From assembly GCF_009914755.1 (NCBI RefSeq), contig NC_060937.1: a stretch of DNA of 64,000 bases. One strand, 5' to 3'. The DNA comes from the human T2T-CHM13v2.0 reference genome, Homo sapiens. Position 1 is the first letter of the stretch, and each line of letters opens with the position of its first letter. Below are positions 51,703-64,000 of the stretch, piece after piece. The translations under genes and the position numbers were made by a program. Under the pieces are notes generated by a model, which saw nothing but the letters and a program-made list of their open reading frames with translations, searched no databases and was not told the DNA's origin.

Positions 51703-53948
51703 TATTACTCCTTTTTTTATACATAGGTCCTGCAGCATACTGTGTTAGTATTTATTAGGTTGAAGCTCTAAGGACATGTGAAGTTTCCTGTTGTGGAACA
51801 GGATCGGGGTTGGCCTGTGTTGTGAAGAATGATAATTGGGCCTGCAGAAAGGACACAGCTGCAGAGGGTTGGAGAAGAAAGTGTAAAGTGAAGTAGTTTT
51901 TTGCATCCAGTTAAAAAGGATCTGCCTACTTATTTGAAGATTGTCAAGAACAAAGCTGGTTAATTATGAGGCAGATTTTTGAAATAGCTGCTTGGGACAA
52001 TAGAAAGTGAGGAAAGGGATGAAATCTTACCAGGATTTTGGTCTCTCACTGGTCCTATCCACATAGTATAGAATTTGTTTAATAAAAGAATTTTTAGTAA
52101 TCAAGCACAAAATAGGTAGATTTGAGAGGGATATAGTTCATAAAATAATGAATTTGACTTTTTTTGGTATATGTCTATCGAGATTGCTAATGCAAGTGAG
52201 CTGAGATCACTCCGTTGCACTCCAGCCTGGGCAACAGAGTGAGACTCTGTCTCAAAAAAAAAAAAAAAAAGATTGTTAATGCATGTCCATTTGGAGTTAT
52301 TTAAATTGAGTGTGAATTAATGATAAATGACTTAAGAACTTGTATTACTGAGCCACCTCCTATAGTGGAAGAATATCATGTGTGGTAAATACATAGATGT
52401 GTGGCTAGAGTTGAGGATGTAATTAAGCACTCTTATCTCAATTCTTTTTTCTCTTTTGAGTCTTGGATTTGTTAATTTTAACCATTCTTCAACCATACTA
52501 CTATGTTCTCAGTTTGCCTTTTCTGCCCCTTCCTCTTTAAATGCTAAGTGACGACTTTTCTTCCTTATATAGTAGTTTATGTATACATTTCATGTCCCTC
52601 GTTTCTGTGTAAGTCTTTGAGGATAAGAAGCATGTTTTATTTGTATCTTTGTATGTGCCCCAGTTAGGGTCCCCAGATAAAGTTACAAGATGTTCATTTA
52701 AGTTTCTATTTAAGATAAACAATGAATAATTTTTATTATGTAAATATGTTTCATGCTATAATTTTATTTGCTAAACTTGGCAGCCCTCACCACATACATT
52801 GCACAGTGGGTGCTTAGTTCAGTGAATGAATTAAAATTGGATTTTGGTTTTAGTCCCATGACATTGGCAGAGAATGTTTATTCTTAGTTTTGCAGGTGGA
52901 AAAACAATCATGTTAATGGAGTTTAAATACTTTCCCCAAGTTTACCTAGTTAACTAAATTCTTCAGCCTGGCCTAGGAGACGTAGATACACTTCTGATTG
53001 CCAACCAAACTAGTGCATCTTTGCTTAGGTTTTTCTAAGTTTTGAATTGGAGAACTTAGATTCTAAGGATGTGTCCTAAAGAATTATTATTTTTCTTGTC
53101 CTGACCCTGGAATCTCTGTATTTTATATACCATATATATATATATGTGCACACACAAAATCTTGTTAGATTACTAACTCTTAAACTATTTGGGGGGAAGC
53201 AAATTGAAAGAAGTTTTCTTAATTATGTCTTAAGGGAAATAAATGATAAAATCTTTGAATTTCCTTTTTCATACAGTAGAGGGAGACAATATTAAAATAC
53301 TGAAAATAAAATATCTGGGTTACTGAGGCTTACTTCGTGGACACTTAAGAGACAACAGTACTAAAATAATTTGCTTTTCATGTATTCAGATATCTTGATT
53401 GTTGAGATATCTTGGACCTTTGTGAATTGAGAAAGGACGCATTTTGCAGAGGAGAATCTGCTTAATAGTAGAGATTCTGTAAAATTTGCAGCTTAAAAGG
53501 GCGATTTCTTTGCTTTTGGGAATTCTCTTTTCTTTCCCACCTTCAAGATTGAATGAATGTTGCATATCCATGTATAGCCAGTGGTTAAATATTATTTATT
53601 TGAGTGATATGTAATTTGTGATGAAAGTAGTAAGAGGTAAAACCCTGAAATTAATGAAGTAGCATTTCTTAACTATTTTACAGTGTAGTATCCAATATGT
53701 TTTTCCAAGCCAGGATTCATATTTTTTCAGTATCTCTGATAGTTATTGCTACTTTTTACTGAATATCAGCTTTAATGTCAGCCTATTAATTTTTTAGAAA
53801 TTAAGAAACTATATGTCTTTCATCTTGTTGATTTCATGACACTATTCTCTGGTCACAGTCTCAGAATTGTGACTTTAGTGGCACCCATATTGTGAAATAC
53901 TCATTTTAAAAATTAATTTTCATTCCCTTTAAGATTTAGAATTCACAA

Positions 53949-54313
<365 letters not shown>

Positions 54314-57300
54314 TCATAGTTAAGTCATAGTAATTTTGCTGATTATACAATATAAAATACGAAGGCCTGGAATTGTGAGAAATAAAAATGTCTGTCTTAG
54401 AAACAAAATAGCCTCCTTTTCTCTTCTCCCACTTTGAGAAGTTTTAGAGCGTATCCTATTGCTTAGTGTTCATAGAAGAATATATGTATGTTAAATAAAA
54501 ATCCTGGTGATAATATAATGGAATGGGGTATCTGGGCATGATGCTTCCTTCTGCTTGTCTGAATACATAGGTATGAGAGTTTTTAAAATTATTGTTTTCT
54601 TTTGCTTTTTTAGTACAGTGGTGGTGATAATAGTGAGATTTCTTTTTTAACTGAATTAGTTTAAAAAAAGATCACAAATTGTAGATCTTGGAATGTATTC
54701 TTATCTTTTCATATATTTTGTAATGTATATTTATATATTTTTAAAAGAAGAATTTTACATAATTTTTAAACAGCTACATTTTGTTGATATTTTTATCACA
54801 TCCTTACATATTCAACAGCAAAGTATTTCGGCATATGCATGTACTGTAGCTTATTTAGCCAGTCCCATTTTGTTTGACCTGTGGAGAATAAGAATAGGTG
54901 TTTTGACTGTTTTATCACATTCCAGGCACTGTACTATGAATTATCTCATGTAATTCTCATAGTTACTGCATGGTGTAGGTATTTTTATCCCTAGTTTACA
55001 GGTAGAGAAACTTAACCCAGAGATGTTCAATAATTTGCCCAGGTTTTTTAGCTGAGGATATTGATAATAGCATTCTGTTGTTATTTGCCAGACGTGGTTC
55101 TTTATTCTTTTCATACATAGTGTCATTTAATCTTCTTGAGAACCCTAAATGAGTCAGGGCCTACTGTTCTCATTTTATAGGAGAAACTGAGGCTCGCTGA
55201 GATTGAGTTGCTTGCTTATGGTCATATATCTAACCAATGGCACCTATTTGTGACTCTTCTAACTATACAACTGATTGTTTTTGTGTTATTCTCAACCCCT
55301 GGTTATTTCTTAGGAAATAAGTTAAAATTCTAGCTGAAAAATGCACTTACAGCAAATTATTTCATATCTTGGCTCCCACATCTCTAAAATATGGATAACA
55401 ATCTTTTTTAATAGGGTGATTCCGTTAAGTAAGATGATATATGTGAAGCATGTAGCATGCAGGATATGTAATAAGAGCTCAATAAATGTTACAGTACCTT
55501 TCTTACTGTTTTATTTTAGTTATTTCGATTTTTATTCGGGCTGTAAACTCAGCAAATGCGTTATCATAGAAAATCTGGAAAAGATAAAGGAGTTTAGGAA
55601 GTAATCACTCAGACTCACCACTCAGATGACATTCTAGCATGTTTCCTTTCAGATAACCTGATATTTCCTGATACATAGGTCAGTCACTACACCTGACACA
55701 TACTGGAATCTTTTTGTTTATGGGAATGTCTCTCCTGATTAATTACTTTAAGAAGAACAGAGGCTGTGTCCTTATGTACCAGCACTGTTTCTGGCACAGA
55801 GTAGGTACTCAGCAAATATTTGAAATGAGCTGTTAGAAGTTTGGAGAAGACCTTCAATCTTCTCCATTCATTGCCATTTTTTTGCATTTAAAAAATGATT
55901 ATAGAAATATTTTAGTGTAAAATCAAGGTAGATGTATTAGTCTGGGCTCGAAGGCAGCTATTTTCAGACAAAGGAATTTGATGTAGCAATTAAATGTGAA
56001 AAGAGCTTAGTAAGAGTATGTTGGGAAGGCTGTATTCTGAAGATTAGGGGAACAATTATTTAATGAGTACAGTCTTGAAGTGTATGGTTCTTAAAAGTTT
56101 GCCAATAAATTGCCCCAGCTCTTTAGTCTCTGGGAAAGATCCCTTCATGTCAGTCTGTAATAGTAGGTGGGATCTTACTTACCACTTAAGATGGTGGTGT
56201 CTGGATATCATGATTGCTTAAGCGTAATGCCATCTCTTTAAATCTGAAATTTCTTTCATTGGAAAGAATTAAACTCTCTGCTATGCAGAGGAGACTTCAG
56301 AAGTGGATGGTAGTACCTATGCTGTTGAGAGCTAATGATCCAGCACATTAGGGATTCTTAGTGTAATCTGTGAATACTCTTTTGGGATATTAGCAACTTG
56401 AGAGCCTTCCCTGTACATATGAGAGCAACATTCAAGCAAACTACCAAAGTTTTAAGTTACTTTTAAAGTTTTTTTGACTTAAATGAAAATAGAATGGTAT
56501 GTTAATGGTTGCAGTAAAAACCTCTGAAATTGGACTGGTGCTAATTCTAGAACTATCTGCCCGAATCATGAAGACTTAAAACTTCATTTTTAAAAGCATG
56601 TACAAACATTGAAAGTGAATTAAATGTAAAAAGGATTTCATAGGACATTAGTCCCTCCCTTCTTTTACTTTTTTTTTTTTTTGTGGGGGTAGATAGGGTC
56701 TCACTCTGTTGCCCATGCTGGAGTGCAGTGGAGTGATCATGGCCCACTGTGGCCTCAACCTCTTGGGCTCATGTGATCCTCCCACTTCAGCCTCCCAGAG
56801 TGCCAGGATTACACGTGTGAGCCAACACACCTGGCCCCTTTTACCTTTTTAAAAAAGCTACTTTAAGTGGTTTATTACATGCAGCTATTTTAATGAATGG
56901 ATTAAGTATAATTTCAAGTTGAGGTCAGCTTGTCTCAGCTGAAGCAGGTTGTTACTAAGAGCTTTGCCTTTTGCTTTATAAAGTCCTCTTTGTTCATACT
57001 GCACAGTTACTCAGGTTATAGTGGCTTTCAGTAGATGCGAATGCTACTCTGTGCTGCTCTTCAGGTGAAACAAGGAACTTTTTATAGACAGTATGTTCAT
57101 AGTTACAGGAACATGAAGTGTGAATATAGGGTGGCCTGTGGCCAAGTTTAATGTGGTGATGTACACAGTACTTTCCAGGCCCTCATTTTTTAGATGAGTT
57201 GAAAATTAAAGAAGATGCAATTTTAATTTTTCAGATAATATTAACAGTTCTTTTCAGTAACTATTGCTGTGTCATTGCCATCTATTTGATTTATGTCCCT

Positions 57301-57478
57301 TTTGATAAATATCGTAGCAGTGACAACTTAAAGTAACCAGAATATAGAAGATATTGGTGGTATATTACTTTATAAAAAATTAATTGTAGTTAACTTTAGG
57401 GAATTCTAGAGATTCTTATGAAATATGTTTTTATATATGTAGAGTTTAAACATGTAAATTACACCAAAGATAGTATAC

Positions 57479-57755
57479 TTTTTTTTTTTTTTTTTTTTTT
57501 TGACAGAGTCTCGCTCTGTTGCCCAGGCTGAAGTGCAGTGGCACGATCTTGGCTCACTGCAGCCTCCGCCTCCCAGATTCAAGCAATTCTGTCTCAGACT
57601 CCCGAGTAGCTGAGACTACAGTCACATGCCACTATGCCTGGCTATTTTTTGTATTTTTAGTAGAGACAGGGTTTTGCCATGTTGGCCGGGCTGGTCTTGA
57701 ACTCCTGACCTCAGGTGATCTGCCTGCCTCGGCCTCCTAAGGTGCTGGGGTTACT
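57479..57755 (-). mobile_element. Alu (AluS-like)
   Basis: Poly(T) plus reverse-complement Alu. Confidence 0.85.
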
Positions 57756-58409
57756 ACTCTTTGCCCTTATCCCAGTGACGTTTGCTTCATATTTTTCTCT
57801 TATTATGAAAACAGTCGTTTATTACATTTCTTTGCTCCAAAAGAAAATAAAAATAAACGCTTGAGACCAGATACCCCACATACATATACCATCATTTTAT
57901 CTCTGATTAAAAATATTGGCAGTTTTTCCCTGTGTTAGCGCTTGTTAAGGTATTTTAAGGTGCAAATTTTGAAGGTCCTTTTGCTAAATGCATTTGGTAT
58001 AAAGATGGCCTGGAATTGCTAGTTTAATGAGTCATCTGATAAAAGATAAAAGAACCAAAGGGTGAATAGACTTCTTTTTTTAAGTCTGCCTTTTGATTTT
58101 TTAATCCCATTTACAAAAGTAGTGATCCTTTTCATAGGAAAAAAACATGAGAATATAAAATTCTAATTCAATTGCTCATTTAAACTGTTTTATATAATGT
58201 TTATTACAGTGCTTACTTTAATATTTGCACTAAAAATGCTGATATTAGCCTGTTAAAATAGAGGTGAGAGCATTATTTGAATAAAGAAAACAAAAGGTAG
58301 ATAAAATGCTATGTGATTGTGTGTGTTGGGGGCAAGGATAGACTCAGAGGCCTAGCCTTAATTAGATAGTAAAAGATGCTATTAGGATACTATTAACTTT
58401 TCATTTTAA

Positions 58410-58459
58410 TAAGTGAACTTAGTCTTCTCGGTAAGTAAGTGAACTTAGTCTTCTCAGTA
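58410..58459. repeat. 2 x 26-bp tandem duplication
   Basis: taagtgaacttagtcttctc.gta at 58410 and 58436. Confidence 0.85.
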
Positions 58460-58719
58460 CTCCCCGATGCAGTGTCCTTTCATACCCATGCTCCAGTTAG
58501 GCCATTCCCTGTGCTCTGGAGACCTACCCCTTCACTCTTGCAAATGCTTCTACCCTTCAGAGCCCTTCAAGATGTATAAAGCGTTTCCCCTTCACAGTCA
58601 GGTGTGCTCTCTCTTGAGCTTTTAGAACATTTACTTATTTAGAACTTCAGTAACTTTCTTAAAGTATCTCACATACTTCCAAATGGTCGAGGATGTGTCT
58701 TTAATATTTTAAAAATCCA

Positions 58720-59019
<300 letters not shown>

Positions 59020-59656
59020 ATCTCCCACAGCCTTGAAGACTGTACTGTCTCATAGTAGGTGCTTAGTAATTATTTGTTGAATGAAAGATTGCCTGAATGT
59101 TAACATGAGTTGTATTGTGTTTATACAGTGAAATAAGTTTCTCCACTGTAAAACAGGTTAATGCACATGTAAATGCAGTAATTCTTTTAGAATCAGATTT
59201 CTCTGTAATGGCATTATTGACATTTTGGGGAATTGCCCAGTACATTGTAGGATGTTTAGTAGCAACCGTGGTCTCTACTCAATAGATGTCATTATCACCT
59301 CTTCCCTCACTGCAGTATGACAACCCACAATGTCTCCAGACATGGCTAAATGTCCCCTGGGTGGCAGAATCATCCCTGGTTCAGAACATTGCTTTGGATG
59401 AAAAAAAGCATATGTATTTCAAGTCTCTTCTTGATTATAGCTTATATATAGTGTGTATGTTGTTTTTTTTCAAGGGTGAATTTTGAGTGTAGAAACAAAA
59501 TTGTTTCATAGTTTTTCAAATTTAACCTTGTATAATTTAAGGAAACTGTCAAAGATACTATTCTTAACAAAACTTTGATGACTTAAGAAAACTGCATTTT
59601 TTACTGTTTTGTGTATTTTACGTCGAGTAATGGAGTTTATTTGGTGTTTCCTCCAG

Positions 59657-59747
59657 ATTGAAATTAAACTGAAAAAGCCAGAGGCTGTGAGATGGGAAAA
59701 GCTAGAGGGGCAAGGAGATGTGCCTACGCCAAAACAATTCGTAGCAG
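59657..59747 (+). CDS. SUGT1: SUGT1 exon 12
   Basis: tccag|[31 protein letters not shown]|gtttgt. Confidence 0.95.
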
Positions 59748-61934
59748 GTTTGTTTTCTGGCCTTGATGAGCTTTATATTCATATTGTGTTGTGTAATTGA
59801 AATTAAATAGTAATGAACATTCTTTTTACTTTCATTATTTATGTTCTCAAGATAAGATACATTGAGTATAATAAGGTTGCTCCGTAATGAATATAAAGTA
59901 GCCTTTCTGTGAAAGTTCTGACTTCTCAAATTCTAAGAATACAAATGAATGGCAGCAAAATCCTAGAGGGAGTTGGGATTTATTGTTTACCATGTAAAGT
60001 TTATGACATCAGTTGGAGGGTGTTTAGTTTTGCGTGTTGGCCCTTCCTGTTGTTTCTTTTTGGGTTGTAAGTTGGTTTACTCGGCGGATATATTTCCCCT
60101 TCTTCCCTCTCCCTTTCTTAATTCCTTTCTATTCCTTCTACTGATACTGTCATCTAATTGCCTGGAATTTGCAGGGCTTTACAGGGTAAGGTATCTACCC
60201 CATTTCTTATTGCTAATTTAGAGATGGACGCAAATAGGTGGTAAATGCCAAAGGAAAGTCTAGGAGAAGAGTAGAAAACCAGGCTTCATTGTATATATAA
60301 CCCTGTAAGAAACAGAACTTTGTGTTGAGGTCAATTTTAAGTATGTGCAATAACTAGGTAAGAATTTTTCTAGTGGACTAATTCACAGCACACTCAGAAC
60401 TACAACCTAAGATTATATTTTATAGCAATAGCTTCATTAATGAGTGGAGGGAAATTTCTTTTTATTGGAAGTAATGGTCTGATTTAATGACTGAAACAAG
60501 CTAACATGTGTCTCAGCTTTTTCTGATTTTGACTGCTTTCTTCTGTAACAGAAAACACATTTCCTTGTGGCACCTTTTAGAAAACACTGAGTTATTCAAC
60601 AGATCATTTGTGTGTGTGTTTGTGTGTGTGTGTATAGTTATTTCTTAAGAAATAATTTTGGATGTTTAGAAATTTCAAAAATAAGAGATTCTCATATAGC
60701 TTTCACCCAGTTTCCCCCATTGATAGTGTCTTAACTAGTCCAATGATTACCTCTTAAGTAGTCTGTGGTATAATTTTCAAAATCAGGGTATTAACACCAA
60801 CAGATACTTTTTAAGGACTGAAGTATATCTAGTTGGTATTTAAGGTATTTAAGCATCTGCTTCACACTTTATTTGAAAGATGTATGTGTTTCTTTTAGGA
60901 CTGACTCCAATAGATTTTGAGGCTGAGGTTTATATGTAGCTGAAAGCTTTAAAAAATATATAATCACTTTAAATGTAGTATCTTACTTAATTCTAACAGC
61001 CCTGCATAACAGGCAGCCCCTTAGCATTCCTCCCATTTTGCAGGCTCAGAAAAGTTAGGCTCAAGATTATCCCTCAGTTCTCATTGTCTAGGACTAAAAT
61101 CTAGGTCTTCTCAGTTGGGTCCAGTTATTCTGTCTACTTGTTGCATACTGCTTGTTGTTGCATTTTCTAACAATGGAAACAGTCTTTGCCGACATGAGTA
61201 TCTATGTAGTTATTTGATATTATAGTGAATGAGCAGGGAGGTTAGATTACTCATCTCTCAGTAGTTCATCTGCCATCTCCAGGTGTTAAAAGTTTTTCTG
61301 AGATTAAAGATCAAGGCTTTTTAGTGTTACAGTTACCATGTTTTTTCTAAACTCAACACCTTAGATATTCAAGATGATACTCTTCCTGTCCTGTTTTTGT
61401 AAGAAATTAATATACTTGTCAGATTCCTGTGTATTGCAAGCTGGAGACTGTAGATAAGGGCAAGTCACTTAACCTATCTGACCCAGCTTGCTTATCTACA
61501 AAATAGAGATTAAAACCTCTGTTCTCATCCTTCCTGGGAGTCAGCATTAGGATTAATTAAATCCATATTTCCCAGGCTCTTAACTTATCATGGCACGCAT
61601 TTTTTGTTTTACCTGGCTACTAGTGAAAATGTACAAAGATAGAAGGATATCTAGTAGAAGGAAGGTGGATAGGATTTTCAAAACAATATATTTGGCCCTG
61701 AAAAAAAACTATGTGTTGGTGTTGTGTGTGTTGTTTTGTTTTGAGGAGGAATGGGCAGGGAGAAAGTCGGTTTACAAGTGAAGAGAAAGCGTAGAAAAAC
61801 AGTGGATGTTAGTTTCTCAGCTATTTTGACAAAAGGGATGTAGAGAGCAGTATTGGGAGGAACATTTAGATTAGTACTAATGTGTCCTAATACATACTGA
61901 TGGGGAAATTTTGAATTGGGTTTTTTGAAAACTG

Positions 61935-62570
61935 TAGCTCTTTTGTCCAACACAGTAGCTGCTAGCCACATGTTACCTGTTGAGCACTTGAAATATGACT
62001 AGTCTGCGTTGAGATGATGTGCTATGTGAAATATATGCTACAGTTTGAAGAGTTAGTATGAAAAAAAGAATATAAAATATCTTCATTTTTTTTGTTGGTT
62101 TTTTTTTTTTTTAAGAGAGAGTCTTGCTGTGTCACCCAGGCTGGAATGCAGTGGCACTGTCATGGCTCAGTGTAGCCTCAACCTCCTGGACTCAAGCAGT
62201 CCTCCTACCCCAACCTTCCGAGTAGCTGGTACTGCAGGCATGTGCCACCACGCCCAGCTAATTATTATTATTTTTTTTTCATAGAGATGGGCTCTCACTA
62301 TGTTGCCCAGGCTGGTCTCACACTTCTGGCCTCAAGCAATCCTCCTACTTGGCCTCCCAAAGTGCTGGGATTATAGGTGTGAGCCCCCATGCCCGGCCTC
62401 TGTTGGTTTCAAGTCAATATGATACTATATTTGATATATCAGGTTAAATAAAATGTATTATTAAACTGCATTTCACCTGATTCTTTTTAGTAATGTAGTT
62501 ACTAGGAAGTTTTAAATTATATATGTGACTCACATTTGAGGCTGTCATTATATTTTCATTGGATAGTGAA
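61935..62570. mobile_element. MER33/MER3-like DNA transposon interrupted by an antisense AluJ (~62095-62398)
   Basis: tgtccaa..cagtagc...agccacatgt..ttgagcacttgaaat ... gtgactcacatt...attggatag; TGTTGGTTT on both Alu flanks. Confidence 0.7.
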
Positions 62571-63391
62571 CAGAGCTGCTCCTATAGCTACTAGGTTGTC
62601 TAGTTATTTTCTAATTATTTGTGTGCCAAGATCTTGATGCCTTTGGTCTTTGGAGCAATCTTGGCAGTACCCCGAGCCCCTGGGCCAGTAGCCTCTCTCG
62701 CTGCAAGCAGCTCTGTTTACTCCAGTGTGCCCTACAAATACTATTATTTGCTAGGTGTATGGGATGTGGGCATTGAACTTTAGATCATCAAGTGTAGTAC
62801 TTTAAACATTTAGAAATTACTTACTGTTATTGCCTATTAAAATAATCTTACTTTTTTGATGGGAGAGTATGGAGTGGCATGGATGATTATTTATATTTTC
62901 AGGCTATTTATACTCTGAAAGATACTAAGTACTTTAGAAAAAGTCACATTTTTAACATTTATTAAAATCTTAGTTACAAAAGATTTCTTAGGCATCCTTT
63001 AAAAAAATTTCATTTTTAGAATTGTTCGTACTGTCTCTGCAACTTTTCTGAAAACATAAAAGTTCTGTATACTTTTCATCTAGTTTCTGTTATCAACATG
63101 AAGAATCTGCTTTTAATCTAATTTTGTATAGCATATCAAAAGTTTACACTTTATTGAGTTATTTTGCTCAAAAGAAATCCCCAGATTTTACATTATGGTA
63201 ACTGACTCAGTTTTTAGAAACGTGAATTTTGTTATTGACCTATATACCAGAAAGACACTTATTGCATACCTGAAATTCAGTAACCTAAACTGTTTGCTAA
63301 GATGTTCCATATACATGGTCACAAAGTTTACATATTCTCGACATAATTGAAACATGTTGATTAACTACTTCTGCCTTTTTTTACTTCATAG

Positions 63392-63573
63392 ATGTAAAGA
63401 ACCTATATCCATCATCATCTCCTTATACAAGAAATTGGGATAAATTGGTTGGTGAGATCAAAGAAGAAGAAAAGAATGAAAAGTTGGAGGGAGATGCAGC
63501 TTTAAACAGATTATTTCAGCAGATCTATTCAGATGGTTCTGATGAAGTGAAACGTGCCATGAACAAATCCTTT
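63392..63573 (+). CDS. SUGT1: SUGT1 exon 13 (SGS domain); final coding exon is beyond the window
   Basis: catag|[62 protein letters not shown]|gtaagg; constitutive exons sum to 900 nt in one open frame. Confidence 0.95.
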
Positions 63574-64000
63574 GTAAGGATATAAACTTAAAGAAATATA
63601 TATGGGAGCAAATTTTACATATTTTAAACGAGAAAATTGGTAATGTGAGACCAAATTGCGTGTACTATAGCTGGGAGAACTTTTTGAATAAGGTCTGTCT
63701 GAACGTTTCTTTTTGCTCTAAGAGTAATTTTTGAGGAAGTTGAAAACTTATGGAAGAGATGAGAAACAAGTGGTTTATCCTAAATAGGTATTTTTTATCA
63801 GTGAGTTAGATTGATATGGAGTCATCTCACTTGGATTTATCCCAGTAGCTGAGTGAACTTCTGTTGTTTCCCTTCTAGACTCATATGTAGCCTCAGTGTT
63901 AGAGATGAAGAATATAGATACGAAACTTTTCAGAATAGTGTTTGCAAGTAGAAGGTGCACGTTATTCATTGGTTTAACAACTCTCTTGATTAAGAAAATT

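Overview
Human/primate genomic DNA (Alu-dense, intron-rich), recognised as the HNRNPA1L2-SUGT1 region (13q14.3 from recall). All genes are on the + strand. (1) An unprocessed, disabled duplicate of MRPS31: CpG-island promoter plus exons 1-6 (about 730-20914), with start ATG>GTG, frameshifts and stops; exon 7 was not found. (2) An intact intronless 320-aa HNRNPA1 retrocopy (HNRNPA1L2, CDS 25961-26923) with poly(A) and a 15-bp TSD, placed so that the dead MRPS31 exons can act as its promoter and spliced 5' UTR. (3) SUGT1 (SGT1 HSP90 co-chaperone): CpG-island promoter and 13 coding exons, including a 96-nt Alu-derived cassette exon and 17-nt and 23-nt microexons; the last coding exon lies beyond the window. 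The most notable signals are the pseudogene-retrogene chimera with its uORFs, an apparent intronisation of 12 formerly coding nt (SASQ) at a SUGT1 microexon, and a TSD-flanked composite retro-insertion carrying unique polyadenylated sequence. I see no evidence of a wholly new system. Comparisons with reference proteins and repeat family names come from memory; repeat boundaries are approximate.
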